Shown: positions 18,325-27,994, counted from the first letter of the stretch. The stretch is 64,000 bases of DNA from Candidatus Ozemobacteraceae bacterium (GCA_965140445.1 OZ223236.1:320001-384000), one strand, 5' to 3'. A program made the numbers and translations. Notes: a model not told the origin generated them from the letters alone.

Positions 18325-19194
18325 TTAAAGAACTCCCTTTCTTGTTATCTTCTGAACTTTCTTTTGAACCTGCTTGGTTATTTTGCCTTTAAAATCTTTC
18401 GCATAGCCTTCTACAAGGATTTCAATGGCTTCTTCTCCATATTTGCGGAGACCTTTTATTGATTGAATATTTACATCAAGCACCTGATAGCTCATGCTAT
18501 ATGGATAGCCATCCTCAACGGTAATATCAAAATCCTTAATTTTTTTGATTTTACCAGGGGCATTCATTTCAAGTATTGGTTGCAAATGACCGCCATCTTT
18601 TTCCATGTTGGTGCAATCACGAATAAAGAATGTCAGAAATTTTTGGGATTTCAATTCTGGTGGTGGCTTATTTGGGTTTAAATAACGATCGTCCGGGTCA
18701 GAGGCCGCAAGTCCAGGCGCAAGAAATCTATAATCCGGATTGTAGTAGCTTCCAAGTCTAATGAAAGCATCTTTTCCAGGCACAGGAAGATAAAAATACT
18801 TGGGTTTTCGGTCTGGGTCCAATTCCCTTTGCGGATAAACCCTAACGTAAACCTTTGGGTCTTCCTTCATTGGTTCAAAAACATTTCGACCCTTGTGATC
18901 AGTGCCTTCAAACTCAACAAAATTACACAAGGGATTCTTCCCCTGTTTTAGTTCAACTGCGTCATATAATTCGGTTGGAAAAAGCTTGGCTTTCACCAGA
19001 AAGTGCTGCATAGCAGCCCGGGCAGCGAAATAAGATTGCTTTTCCTGAATAGAAAGCTGGTTATGAGCAGCCGTATTCGATTGTCGATAAAGCATTGAAA
19101 CAAATAAAACCATCAAACAGAAAGAAAAGAAGAGAGCCACAACGATTGCAACTCCACGTCTACTTCGCGGGGTAAACATACTGATTTTGTTCAT
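18325..19194 (-). CDS. PilX/GspK-like minor pilin
   Basis: RRG|VAIVVAL lacks Glu+5, followed by QSYFAARAAMQ, as in PilX N-termini. Confidence 0.7.
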   Translation of the reverse strand: MNKISMFTPRSRRGVAIVVALFFSFCLMVLFVSMLYRQSNTAAHNQLSIQEKQSYFAARAAMQHFLVKAKLFPTELYDAVELKQGKNPLCNFVEFEGTDHKGRNVFEPMKEDPKVYVRVYPQRELDPDRKPKYFYLPVPGKDAFIRLGSYYNPDYRFLAPGLAASDPDDRYLNPNKPPPELKSQKFLTFFIRDCTNMEKDGGHLQPILEMNAPGKIKKIKDFDITVEDGYPYSMSYQVLDVNIQSIKGLRKYGEEAIEILVEGYAKDFKGKITKQVQKKVQKITRKGVL

Positions 19195-20096
19195 TATATA
19201 TCCCCCTTGATAGTCATAAGATGTATTCTTTGCGTATTTGCAGAATTTTCTTCTGGTTTTGTGAACAACTTTTTATCCAGATTCCATTGAATCTGAACAA
19301 TTAAACGCTTCATACAGCAATGAGCGAATTCTTCTGGTGCATCATAAGGAAGCTTTTCAGTAACAATCTGTTGAGTATATCTTACCCCAGTTGGGTTAAC
19401 AAACCTTGGCGCATCGGGAGAAAGCCCAGAGGTTCCCTCATCCAGATAAACATTATCCGGTGGTTCAGCCACGCCAGTGCTTCCATTGCCAAGATCAAGT
19501 TCGTGAACTGGTTTTCCGCCTTCAGTAAGGGTCTTATATGTCTGACACCACTCACCATCAGAAATAATATCTGGATTTTTAAGATAAGCAAAAGTCAGAT
19601 TCTTGCTTTCAGAAAAATTTGCAGGCTTTCCATCCGGAAAGCCTGACCCAATTTTTACTTTATCAGGCTTTGAAGAATTGCCAACCGATGGCACGTCTTC
19701 AACCTTTAGATGCACAAGATAGTGAATTCCTCTGGCGTCAGTTATTATTCCACGACACGGATACCCGCTTCCCTCTTTGTTTGAGCCAGGGAAGAGCATC
19801 TTAGCCAGTTTTTTTGCCCATGCTGCGTTATACTGCTTGAATTCAGAGCCTTTCAAGTCGTCTGACCTTAAAAAGCCTGGATTTCCTTGTCTTACAGCTG
19901 CAAAAGGAACACTATCAATCAAGGTATTTAGAATTTCAGTGGCTTTATTGATAGCAAAAGCCTGGGATGCATTTCTCTCTGTATCCACAGTGCTTCCGGT
20001 CATAAGACCGAATAGTGGGATCATTGCCACAGCCATAATTGCAACTGCAACAACAATTTCAAGAAAAGTTACACCTTTTCGTTTTTGCCAAGCCAT
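19194..20096 (-). CDS. Type IV prepilin-like protein (PilV/GspI-like)
   Basis: KRKG|VTFLEIVVAVAIM with Glu at +5. Confidence 0.8.
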   Translation of the reverse strand: MAWQKRKGVTFLEIVVAVAIMAVAMIPLFGLMTGSTVDTERNASQAFAINKATEILNTLIDSVPFAAVRQGNPGFLRSDDLKGSEFKQYNAAWAKKLAKMLFPGSNKEGSGYPCRGIITDARGIHYLVHLKVEDVPSVGNSSKPDKVKIGSGFPDGKPANFSESKNLTFAYLKNPDIISDGEWCQTYKTLTEGGKPVHELDLGNGSTGVAEPPDNVYLDEGTSGLSPDAPRFVNPTGVRYTQQIVTEKLPYDAPEEFAHCCMKRLIVQIQWNLDKKLFTKPEENSANTQRIHLMTIKGDI

Positions 20097-20108
20097 CTTA
20101 TATCCTTT

Positions 20109-21416
20109 TTACAGAAGTTCTGAAGCCAAAGCTGATAATGACGAACGCTCAGATTTATGGAGAATAATGTGTCCAAAAAGTTCATGATCCTTGAATTTTT
20201 CAATAACAAAGTTCAAACCATTTGAAGAACTATCGAGATATGGATTATCAATCTGATATGGATCACCAGTTAATACGACTTTAGTGCCTTCTCCGGCACG
20301 ACTTATTATTGTTTTTACTTCATGCGGAGTTAAGTTCTGCGCTTCATCCACGATCAGGAACTGTTTTGGAATACTTCTACCGCGAATGTAAGTAATCGCT
20401 TCAATTTGGACTTTCTGTGACTCAATAAGGAATCTGATCTTCTTATCAACATCGTCAGAATTCTTGTAAAGTCTGTCCATTACAAATTCAAGGTTATCAA
20501 AAATAGGCTGCATCCAATGACTTAACTTTTCATCCTTTGAGCCTGGTAAGAAACCTATATCCTTTCCTAATGGCATGATAGGTCTACTTACAAGAAGTTT
20601 TCTGAAAAGGTGCTCGTCAATCGTCTTTTGCAATCCGCAAGCCAGAGCAAGCAGAGTTTTTCCGGTACCAGCCCTTCCCACAAGAGTTACTAGCTGAATT
20701 TCGTTACAAAGCAACAATTCAATAGCAAACTTTTGCTGAAGGTTGAGGGCTTCTACTCCCCATGGTTTTGACTGAAGATGGAACAAAGGAAGCAGTTTCT
20801 TTTGGATACCATCATATTTGGCCAGAGAAGTTTTATTTTCATTTTCGGCCGCTTTTAAAAGAACAAACTCGTTCTTGAAAAGATCGTTTTGCTCATAAGG
20901 TAAACCTTCATCTCTGATAAAGCTCTCAATATCCTTAACCGGCATAACCAGTTCACGCCAGCCAGAGTATAACTCGTCGATATCAACCTTATTGGTTTCA
21001 AAATCTTCGGTCTGAATGCCGAGAGCGTCTGCCTTGATACGACAGTTTATATCCTTACTGATGAGGTAAACGTCTTTTCCCTGTTCTTTAAGAGAATAAG
21101 CGCATGCAAGAATTCTATTGTCAACCTTCTGATTATCAAAGCCAAAGGGGATCTTGATTTCACTGTCGATCAAGATCTGCAAACTGCCTCCGCCAGGAAG
21201 TTCTACACCCTGGTTTAGCTGACCCTTATGTCTTAAATTATCTAACTCCCTTGAGGCTTGGCGAGCTTCACGTCCGCGCTCGTCATTGTGTCCTTTAAAT
21301 CGGTCCAACTCTTCAATTACGCCGAGAGGAATAACAACATCGTTTTCCTTAAAGGAAAAAAGCGATTGATGACTGTGCAATATAACGTTGGTATCCACCA
21401 CAAAGGTTTTTTTCAT
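20109..21416 (-). CDS. PIN-PhoH family ATPase (PhoH2/YlaK-like)
   Basis: N-terminal PIN VVDTNVIL, GRAGTGKT, YIRGRS, DEAQNLT, GDPYQID. Confidence 0.92.
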   Translation of the reverse strand: MKKTFVVDTNVILHSHQSLFSFKENDVVIPLGVIEELDRFKGHNDERGREARQASRELDNLRHKGQLNQGVELPGGGSLQILIDSEIKIPFGFDNQKVDNRILACAYSLKEQGKDVYLISKDINCRIKADALGIQTEDFETNKVDIDELYSGWRELVMPVKDIESFIRDEGLPYEQNDLFKNEFVLLKAAENENKTSLAKYDGIQKKLLPLFHLQSKPWGVEALNLQQKFAIELLLCNEIQLVTLVGRAGTGKTLLALACGLQKTIDEHLFRKLLVSRPIMPLGKDIGFLPGSKDEKLSHWMQPIFDNLEFVMDRLYKNSDDVDKKIRFLIESQKVQIEAITYIRGRSIPKQFLIVDEAQNLTPHEVKTIISRAGEGTKVVLTGDPYQIDNPYLDSSSNGLNFVIEKFKDHELFGHIILHKSERSSLSALASELL

Positions 21417-21704
21417 TAAATTTTATTACCACCTTAGAATTAGGCTTATAGCAGTTTGAAGTTAGCACAGGGTTAGAGCCAATGTCAAACCTGGCCATGA
21501 AGGAAAAGCCGTACAGGTTTTCTTGTACAGCCTGCTCTGGTATTAAGTTAAGCCTTTTTCATTTTTATCAAATTGAGCATTGAACAAAAAATTAGTTATT
21601 TTCAGGGTAAAGTATTCGCAAAGTTCTTCCGATAGCAGATATTGGAAAATTGTCTTTCCAGCGCTTAAAAAAGTGCAATCTAGTATTGAAGGGACGGTAG
21701 TTCC

Positions 21705-23036
21705 ATGAAAAAACGGCATCGAACATACCTGCTAGCTTTGATGATGCTTGTCGGCATCAACTCAATCGCCTCTGCGCAAAACTTCTATGAACAAGTTGAA
21801 CCAGAAGGGTATTCGCTTGCTCCACCATACCAGGAGCAAACTTTGTATAACAGCAATAATCTTCCATCCATAAACGCTGATAGTAGTTGGGTTGAAGAAG
21901 AGAGTCTTCCAGTTGGTTACCAGACCTACACAGTTAGAAAAGGTGACACCTTAGGCTCTATTTCTAAAAAGATTTTTGGCTCCAGCAAATACTGGAGGAA
22001 AATCGCCGCAGCTAACAACATAACCGACCCAAGCAGAATGAAAGTTGGTCAGTTACTTGAAATACCTTCAACGGAAAGATCTCAGGGTTCCGGGGTAATA
22101 TATCGTCAGCGGGTGAGACATGTTGCAAATCCTCCAGTTAGTCAACCCATACCAGAAATTAGAACAGCTCCAGCCCCTTCATTGCCTTTGCCACCTGTAA
22201 CTCAGAGTGATGATGCCGTTTTATACTCTGATGCTGGTCTTCCGCAAATAATTCTTCCAGGGGAAAAGCCAAAAAAGAAAAAGAACTCGGATAATCACGT
22301 AAACTTTAATGGATTAACGGGTTTGGTTCATACATTTGCCGCCTACCCTTTGGGTGAGAATATGTTCTCAACTGCTTTTGGCGTAGTTTGGAACAAGATT
22401 ACCAAACGTGAAGGAGCAAGATTGCAAAGCGGAGAAGATGCTGATTATTGGGAATTTCCAATGCTCATGACTTATTCCGGTGAAAATTTCGAGGTAGCTT
22501 TCAAGCTTCCATTTGAATCTTATGATGTTTTTGCTCCAATAACCTACAACTTCAGAGATGGAACCGACTCTGGAATGGGTGATGCATCATTAAGACTGAA
22601 ATTTTCTTCTCAAAACGACAATATGGCTTCTTGTCTTGGAATTGGTGCCATCTTTCCAACTAGTGATATCACTATTGGAAACACTGAAAATGACAACGCC
22701 TGGGAAGTATTTGCAGGTATTTCGAGCAAGAAAAAAGAAGGCGGGAACTTCCATCTTAATGGCGGTTATCAGGCCGGTGACGGGAACACAACCCACGAAG
22801 GCATCTTTGTAAATGCCGGTTTTGGATATGATCCAAACGAATCTTTTACTTTCATTGGTGAGTTAAATTTCTACAACAGAATTAATAGCGGTAGAAGCAC
22901 CGATTTAACTCTTGCAATGCGATATCATGTAAAAGAGGGAATGTCACTTACACTTGCAACTCCAATTGCACTTAGCAATGACATGTTTTTTGGCTATGAT
23001 TACAGACTTGAAGGAATGCTACAGTATCACTATTAA
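21705..23036 (+). CDS. LysM-containing predicted outer-membrane beta-barrel protein
   Basis: Signal peptide, LysM YTVRKGDTLGSIS..IAAANNI..GQLLEIP, Pro-rich linker, then amphipathic beta strands (SGMGDASL) ending in aromatic YHY. Confidence 0.7.
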   Translation: MKKRHRTYLLALMMLVGINSIASAQNFYEQVEPEGYSLAPPYQEQTLYNSNNLPSINADSSWVEEESLPVGYQTYTVRKGDTLGSISKKIFGSSKYWRKIAAANNITDPSRMKVGQLLEIPSTERSQGSGVIYRQRVRHVANPPVSQPIPEIRTAPAPSLPLPPVTQSDDAVLYSDAGLPQIILPGEKPKKKKNSDNHVNFNGLTGLVHTFAAYPLGENMFSTAFGVVWNKITKREGARLQSGEDADYWEFPMLMTYSGENFEVAFKLPFESYDVFAPITYNFRDGTDSGMGDASLRLKFSSQNDNMASCLGIGAIFPTSDITIGNTENDNAWEVFAGISSKKKEGGNFHLNGGYQAGDGNTTHEGIFVNAGFGYDPNESFTFIGELNFYNRINSGRSTDLTLAMRYHVKEGMSLTLATPIALSNDMFFGYDYRLEGMLQYHY

Positions 23037-23050
23037 TAGTTAAAACACTC

Positions 23051-23092
23051 AAAAAAAAGCTGTTTCTCAGAACTGGGAAACAGCTTTTTTTT
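23051..23092. terminator. Bidirectional intrinsic terminator
   Basis: A8-GCTGTTTCTCAG..CTGGGAAACAGC-T8 between convergent genes. Confidence 0.85.
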
Positions 23093-23133
23093 ATAGGATT
23101 TCCTTGAAATAATCCCGGTTAACTGAAAATTCT

Positions 23134-23661
23134 CTAAAAATCTAATGTTCTATTTTTAGGCTTATCTGGAGGCCATTTAATTCTTTTTTTTGATTTAGAG
23201 CTTATAAAAATTTTGCTTAGAATTTCAATTGTTAAAGAATGAATTCCTGGCCTTTCGCTTTCTCTTGGACCGGCAATATTAATTATTTTTGGCTTCTGTT
23301 GATCAAGCCACACCAGAATAGATTCTATCTTTTCTTCTCCACTCAGATCATAGCAAAACCATGATTTGCAATACTTTTGTGCACTTTCTCTGGTTAGCAA
23401 AGTCCCGCCAGACAGCTCCTTAAAATAGAAAATGAGGGTAGCATCAGAATCTTTAACGTTTTTTCTGGTTCTTTGAGGATATTGTCTGCCAGAAGTTTCT
23501 ATCAAAGGATAGGACTCAGGAATTTCAATATCTTCGGACCTTCTACCAGCCGGACACCAACCACCGACCGGGATGCCAGACATGTGAGCAAAATCTAAAG
23601 CAGCTCTATCCACGCCTGTTTGCCCGCCAGAGATAATGAATTTTATGGGAAATTTCTTCAT
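23134..23661 (-). CDS. SLOG-superfamily 'putative molybdenum carrier' (circularly permuted YpsA-like) protein
   Basis: IISGGQTGVDRAALD, GGWCPAGR, RTRKNVKDSDATL, NIAGPRES. Start moved to ATG 23661 to avoid overlap with the upstream gene. Confidence 0.85.
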   Translation of the reverse strand: MKKFPIKFIISGGQTGVDRAALDFAHMSGIPVGGWCPAGRRSEDIEIPESYPLIETSGRQYPQRTRKNVKDSDATLIFYFKELSGGTLLTRESAQKYCKSWFCYDLSGEEKIESILVWLDQQKPKIINIAGPRESERPGIHSLTIEILSKIFISSKSKKRIKWPPDKPKNRTLDF

Positions 23662-23695
23662 AAGTGTTTGTTCAAATATTATATTACATTTGAAA

Positions 23696-24178
23696 TTAAA
23701 TTGCTCTCTGAGCAAGAATTGCACTTTGGTATGCAAATCGTTTAGCAGGTATCTTAAATTCTGAAATTGGTGGAAGCTCCTCTTTTTCAAATAATTCGTT
23801 AAGCAAATACAGCCTGTTTGCATGAATACTTGTCATTCTAAACCAAAGCTCTTTTCTGGTGTCGTAATCTGCCAATCTGAAGAGTTCGCATAACAACTCA
23901 GAATTCCCGGTAAAAACAAAAGTATCAAGACTATAGCAAGCAGTGTTTATGGCATTTTCTTCTTTTGAGCCAATAAAAGTGAGCACCCAGACATCATGAG
24001 GACAAACCTGCAAAATGTTTTTCTGTATGCAATCTGAGCAATAACCATTTGAGTCCTTTGGGACTCCGCAAATTGGGAGACGGCAACGAAACAGCTTCTG
24101 AGCGACGTTTATAGAGTTTTCTGGAATGAGGCTCTTAAAGCTTTGTTTTCTAAGAAAACATTTGCTACAACACATCAT
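23696..24178 (-). CDS. Cys-rich hypothetical protein, paralog 2
   Basis: MMCCSKC...CRLPICG...CSDC...ILQVC. ATGA overlap with the upstream paralog. Confidence 0.7.
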   Translation of the reverse strand: MMCCSKCFLRKQSFKSLIPENSINVAQKLFRCRLPICGVPKDSNGYCSDCIQKNILQVCPHDVWVLTFIGSKEENAINTACYSLDTFVFTGNSELLCELFRLADYDTRKELWFRMTSIHANRLYLLNELFEKEELPPISEFKIPAKRFAYQSAILAQRAI

Positions 24179-24669
24179 ATGGCTTCACCTCCATTGTTCG
24201 CGAACATAAACCCACGGGTTATCTCATATCTGTTTCCGCTATATGGGTTGGCAACAATTGCTTGCAGATACTTGTCTGACCGGGTTCCCATTTCAAATGT
24301 ATTTTCTATTGGCAGCAATCCGAGAGCCTTAAAAACCGGATTTAGAAGCCAAATGCTTTTTGGCTCAAAATCAACCAGGTGTTCGTAGAAACTCTTTCGA
24401 AGGTATTCTGGTGCAGCATGAAAAAGCGATAAAAGTAGCCCTCTATCTCCGCTTTTCAAAGCTGTTTTGAAAGTTTCAAAAGCCAATTTTATAGCAATTG
24501 GGTTTCTTTGATACAAGCGCTGAATAACAAAATAATCTTGATTACATCTGCTTAGAATTGATTTGGAACAATTACTATCTTTGCAGTCATTTCCGCAAAT
24601 AGGATTGTTACAAACGTCTTTTATAGAACCTTTTGTCGGATGAAACGGGCACTTATTACAACACATCAT
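24175..24669 (-). CDS. Cys-rich hypothetical protein, paralog 1
   Basis: MMCCNKC...CNNPICG..DC...C...ILSRC. GAGGT SD upstream. Confidence 0.7.
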   Translation of the reverse strand: MMCCNKCPFHPTKGSIKDVCNNPICGNDCKDSNCSKSILSRCNQDYFVIQRLYQRNPIAIKLAFETFKTALKSGDRGLLLSLFHAAPEYLRKSFYEHLVDFEPKSIWLLNPVFKALGLLPIENTFEMGTRSDKYLQAIVANPYSGNRYEITRGFMFANNGGEAI

Positions 24670-24739
24670 TTTTTTATACCTCGGGCTTGTTTTTAAGAGA
24701 TCAAATCAAAAGTGCCTTTGGGGAATTTTTTTTTATCCA

Positions 24740-24768
24740 TTGAAATCATTTTTTTTTATGGCTAAAAT
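24740..24768 (+). promoter_or_regulatory. sigma70-type promoter of the sigma-like gene / RNase II unit
   Basis: TTGAAA-N17-TAAAAT. Confidence 0.55.
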
Positions 24769-24799
24769 ATTTGTAGATAAGAATTGAGAGGAAACGTTT

Positions 24800-25831
24800 A
24801 TGGATAAGGAAATTCTGGAGCTTTCTATTTTTGATTTCATAAAAAAACCTTCTGCAGAAAACAGCTTTAAAATAATTAAAAACTGCAAAGCTTTTATAAT
24901 TGGGCAGGTTTCAAAGTGGAAAAACCCGGATCTTTCGCCTCAGGACAAAATTAAAGAGTTAATGAGTGAAATGTTTCTTGTCTTAATGGAGGACTTTTCA
25001 GCGGAAAGACTAAATAACCCAAAAGGTCTCCTGTCTTACCTTAAATTGAAAATGAGAAGGCTAACCCGCCCTTATATGCAAAAAAGCGTAAGTTTTGGTC
25101 TTTCAAGCGATTTTGAAGATTTGGGAAGATGCAATTTTAATGCTTCCAGACACGACCTGATGATGGAAGTCGTTGAGTGTGTCCGAGCCTCAATTAAGTC
25201 TGAAAGTAAACCAGAAGTAGCGTACCTTGAATTTCTGTTTATTCACGTTTTTCCTGAATTAGCATGGATTTCCAGATTTGCAGCCAAACAAAAAAATGAG
25301 GAATTAAGTAAGCGGATTGAAAAAGACAAAAAACGCCACCAGGCATTCAATAACAGCCTTCGACATAATCTGTGCAATCTGAATCATGGACACTGGCAGG
25401 AAATTCTCGACTGGTCTCCCGGAGAAAGAAACCACCTAGCCTGGAAGATTAGTGAAATTTCCCCAAAAGACGTCTCACCAGGCATCGAAGACAGGCTCAA
25501 AAAGCTGGACGATTGGCGATCTTCGTTTTGCCCTTCCGATGAACAGAGCATTGAAAATTTTAAGAATGCATATGAAATACTTAAGGCAATGAAACAGGTT
25601 CCCAATGATAAATTCACATACATGGCAGCTGAAAACGCTGCAACCTATGGAGAAGGCGAAAACATTTTGAATCAACTACTTGCGCCTTTAAGCCTTAAGG
25701 TTGCATCAGAAGCGGTCATGGAAGGCAATGCAAACTACGAAACAAAAGACAACCTGGATGGTGCGTTTGAAAAGGCCAAAGAAGAAATTGAAAGCTGGTT
25801 GGCTGAATTTTTGAAGGAAAAAAACATTTAA
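24800..25831 (+). CDS. Hypothetical protein with possible sigma-70 region 2-like N-terminus
   Basis: 343-aa ORF with a GAGG SD. The segment QDKIKELMSEMFLVLMEDFSAER...LLSYLKLKMRR resembles ECF sigma region 2. The function is uncertain. Confidence 0.55.
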   Translation: MDKEILELSIFDFIKKPSAENSFKIIKNCKAFIIGQVSKWKNPDLSPQDKIKELMSEMFLVLMEDFSAERLNNPKGLLSYLKLKMRRLTRPYMQKSVSFGLSSDFEDLGRCNFNASRHDLMMEVVECVRASIKSESKPEVAYLEFLFIHVFPELAWISRFAAKQKNEELSKRIEKDKKRHQAFNNSLRHNLCNLNHGHWQEILDWSPGERNHLAWKISEISPKDVSPGIEDRLKKLDDWRSSFCPSDEQSIENFKNAYEILKAMKQVPNDKFTYMAAENAATYGEGENILNQLLAPLSLKVASEAVMEGNANYETKDNLDGAFEKAKEEIESWLAEFLKEKNI

Positions 25832-25890
25832 GCCTAATAATTTGTACCTAAATGTTAGTATGAATCAAAGCTAAATCAGGGAGTCATAAC

Positions 25891-27909
25891 ATGTCTTTAT
25901 CCTCAGGCTGCATTATTGAATTTTCAGGGAAGGGCAGCCAGCCATCTATAGGAGTAGTTCTCAATATCAGTCCTGGCTCAGTAAGAGTTTTATTCTTAAA
26001 TGGCAAAGAAGGCAACATTCCTGATAAAAAGGTTGTTCATGCCACTTTAGCCCCCAAAATTTCTGTTGCCAATCGAGAAACCTGTAAATCTGAATTGGTT
26101 AAAACAGATCAGCTTAGAGAAGAATTGGCCAACGAAATCGATTTAGAAGAGTTGCACGCATTACTTTGCGAAGATTCCAAGGAGTTCTCAGTTGAAGAAA
26201 TAGGAAGCTTTTTGTTCGCTCCTGAAGCAGAAGATTCTTATGCGGCACTTTTAAGAAAGCTTTCATCTGACAAAGTCTATTTCAAGTTTAAAAAAGAAGG
26301 TTTCGTGGCCAACTCTGAAGAAGAAGTTTCTGCGGCAAAAGAATTGATTCAGCGTAAAGAAAAGCAGGAACAAGAAGACCAGGAATTTGTTGAAGCCTTA
26401 AAAGCTGCAAACCAAACTGGGAAAATTCTCCCCGCGCTTGAGACTCATATAGAAGATATGAAAAGATTTGCGGCGGAAGAAACCGAAGGCGGTTTTTCAA
26501 AGAAATTCATAAGCAACTTAGACAAAGCCGGGCTAAATAATCCAAGAAAAATGTTTAGTTTTCTCGTAAAAATAAAAGTTTTTGAAGAAGATGAAAATCC
26601 TCTTTTGATTCGATACAAAGTACCGATTGATTTTGATCCGGAAATCATAAATGAAGGTTTAGAAAATATTTCCAAGTTTGTCCCATCAGAAACTCGCAAA
26701 GATCTGCGCCAACTAAAAACCTGGGCAATTGATACAGAAGGAGCTAAAGACAGAGATGACGCCTTTTCTTTGGAAACCTTAGCCAATGGCAACACAAGCC
26801 TAATTGTACATATAGCTGACCCATCGGAATTCATCAGACCCGGGGAACCTCTTGATATAGAAGCGGCAAAAAGAGCAAGCTCTTTGTATATGCCTGATAT
26901 GCGAATTCACATGCTTCCCCCAGAAATTTCTGAAGAAAAACTCAGTTTGTCTCCAGGCGGTGACAAGCCTGCTTTATCAATTGAAATGAACTTTTCTGAC
27001 ACAGGAGATCTTGAATCTTTTGATATATACGAGTCTTTAATAAATGTAGATAATGCCACTGAATATGAAACAGCGGATGCTCTTGCTGAATCTGATCTGT
27101 GGTTGCAAAAAGCCATTGAGCTTGGAAAGCAACTCGAAAAAAAACGCGAGGAAATGGGAGCAATAGTTTTTGCCAGGCAACCAGAACTTACGGTTAAAGT
27201 AATTGATGGAGAAATTGTTTTAAAGCGAAGAAATCGAGAGGCGAAAACTCAATCCATGATCGCTGAATTTATGATCTGGGCAAATCATGTCTGTGGAAAA
27301 TGGTGTTATGAAAAAGAAATACCATGCTTTTTCAGATCACAGGAACCACCTGAAATTCCTATGGAAAAATCAGATGAATTTGATCCAGTAGCATTCTTTA
27401 AATCAGTCAGAACTTTCAAAAAAACCATAGTAGGATTAAAAGCGGGGCGACATAGCTCATTAGGATTAGACTACTACACCCAGATTTCATCGCCTCTAAG
27501 AAGATATTCAGACCTGCTTTTACATAGACAGATAAAATCTGCCGTAAGGGGCAATTCTTTGGCATATAGCGATTCTGAGCTATCCAACGCAATGCTTCTA
27601 GCAGATGCCGGTCTAAGTAAAGCGGATGAAATAATGAAAAGTAGAGAAAAATACTTTTTATTGAAGTATCTGAAGACCAAACAGAAGTCTGCCAACCTTT
27701 TATTAAAAGGCAAAGTGGTTGATTCCAACATGAATGACGTTAATTTCTACGTTGATATGCTATGCGGTTTCAGACATTGCAGAAAGCCAAACTTTGATGT
27801 AATTCCTGGACAACAAGTTGGAGTGAAAGTAAATCAAATTGATCTTTTTGATGGAATAATCAGATTTGACCTGGTGCCAGAAGCACCAGAACAAGATATT
27901 CTGGAATAA
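25891..27909 (+). CDS. RNB-domain exoribonuclease (RNase II/R family)
   Basis: Catalytic AIDTEGAKDRDDAFS, VHIADP, EFMIWAN, YTQISSPLRRYSDL, C-terminal S1 domain. Confidence 0.92.
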   Translation: MSLSSGCIIEFSGKGSQPSIGVVLNISPGSVRVLFLNGKEGNIPDKKVVHATLAPKISVANRETCKSELVKTDQLREELANEIDLEELHALLCEDSKEFSVEEIGSFLFAPEAEDSYAALLRKLSSDKVYFKFKKEGFVANSEEEVSAAKELIQRKEKQEQEDQEFVEALKAANQTGKILPALETHIEDMKRFAAEETEGGFSKKFISNLDKAGLNNPRKMFSFLVKIKVFEEDENPLLIRYKVPIDFDPEIINEGLENISKFVPSETRKDLRQLKTWAIDTEGAKDRDDAFSLETLANGNTSLIVHIADPSEFIRPGEPLDIEAAKRASSLYMPDMRIHMLPPEISEEKLSLSPGGDKPALSIEMNFSDTGDLESFDIYESLINVDNATEYETADALAESDLWLQKAIELGKQLEKKREEMGAIVFARQPELTVKVIDGEIVLKRRNREAKTQSMIAEFMIWANHVCGKWCYEKEIPCFFRSQEPPEIPMEKSDEFDPVAFFKSVRTFKKTIVGLKAGRHSSLGLDYYTQISSPLRRYSDLLLHRQIKSAVRGNSLAYSDSELSNAMLLADAGLSKADEIMKSREKYFLLKYLKTKQKSANLLLKGKVVDSNMNDVNFYVDMLCGFRHCRKPNFDVIPGQQVGVKVNQIDLFDGIIRFDLVPEAPEQDILE

Positions 27910-27953
27910 CCTGACAACGCAAATTAATGCCTGTTCTGAGAATACAGACAAAT

Positions 27954-27991
27954 AAAAAACTCCCCGCTAATTGTTTAGCGGGGAGTTTTTT
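27954..27991. terminator. Bidirectional intrinsic terminator
   Basis: A6-CTCCCCGCTAA-ttgt-TTAGCGGGGAG-T6. Confidence 0.85.
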
Positions 27992-27994
27992 ATA

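Noticed and set aside
21608..21635. sigma28-like promoter TAAAGTAT-N12-TCCGATAG upstream of the LysM gene
   Set aside because: The spacing is one base off consensus with mismatches. It cannot be supported without a genome-wide motif analysis.
23662..23823. N-terminal extension of the SLOG ORF in the track
   Set aside because: It overlaps the conserved C-terminus of Cys-rich paralog 2 by 128 nt. The family motif begins right after ATG 23661.
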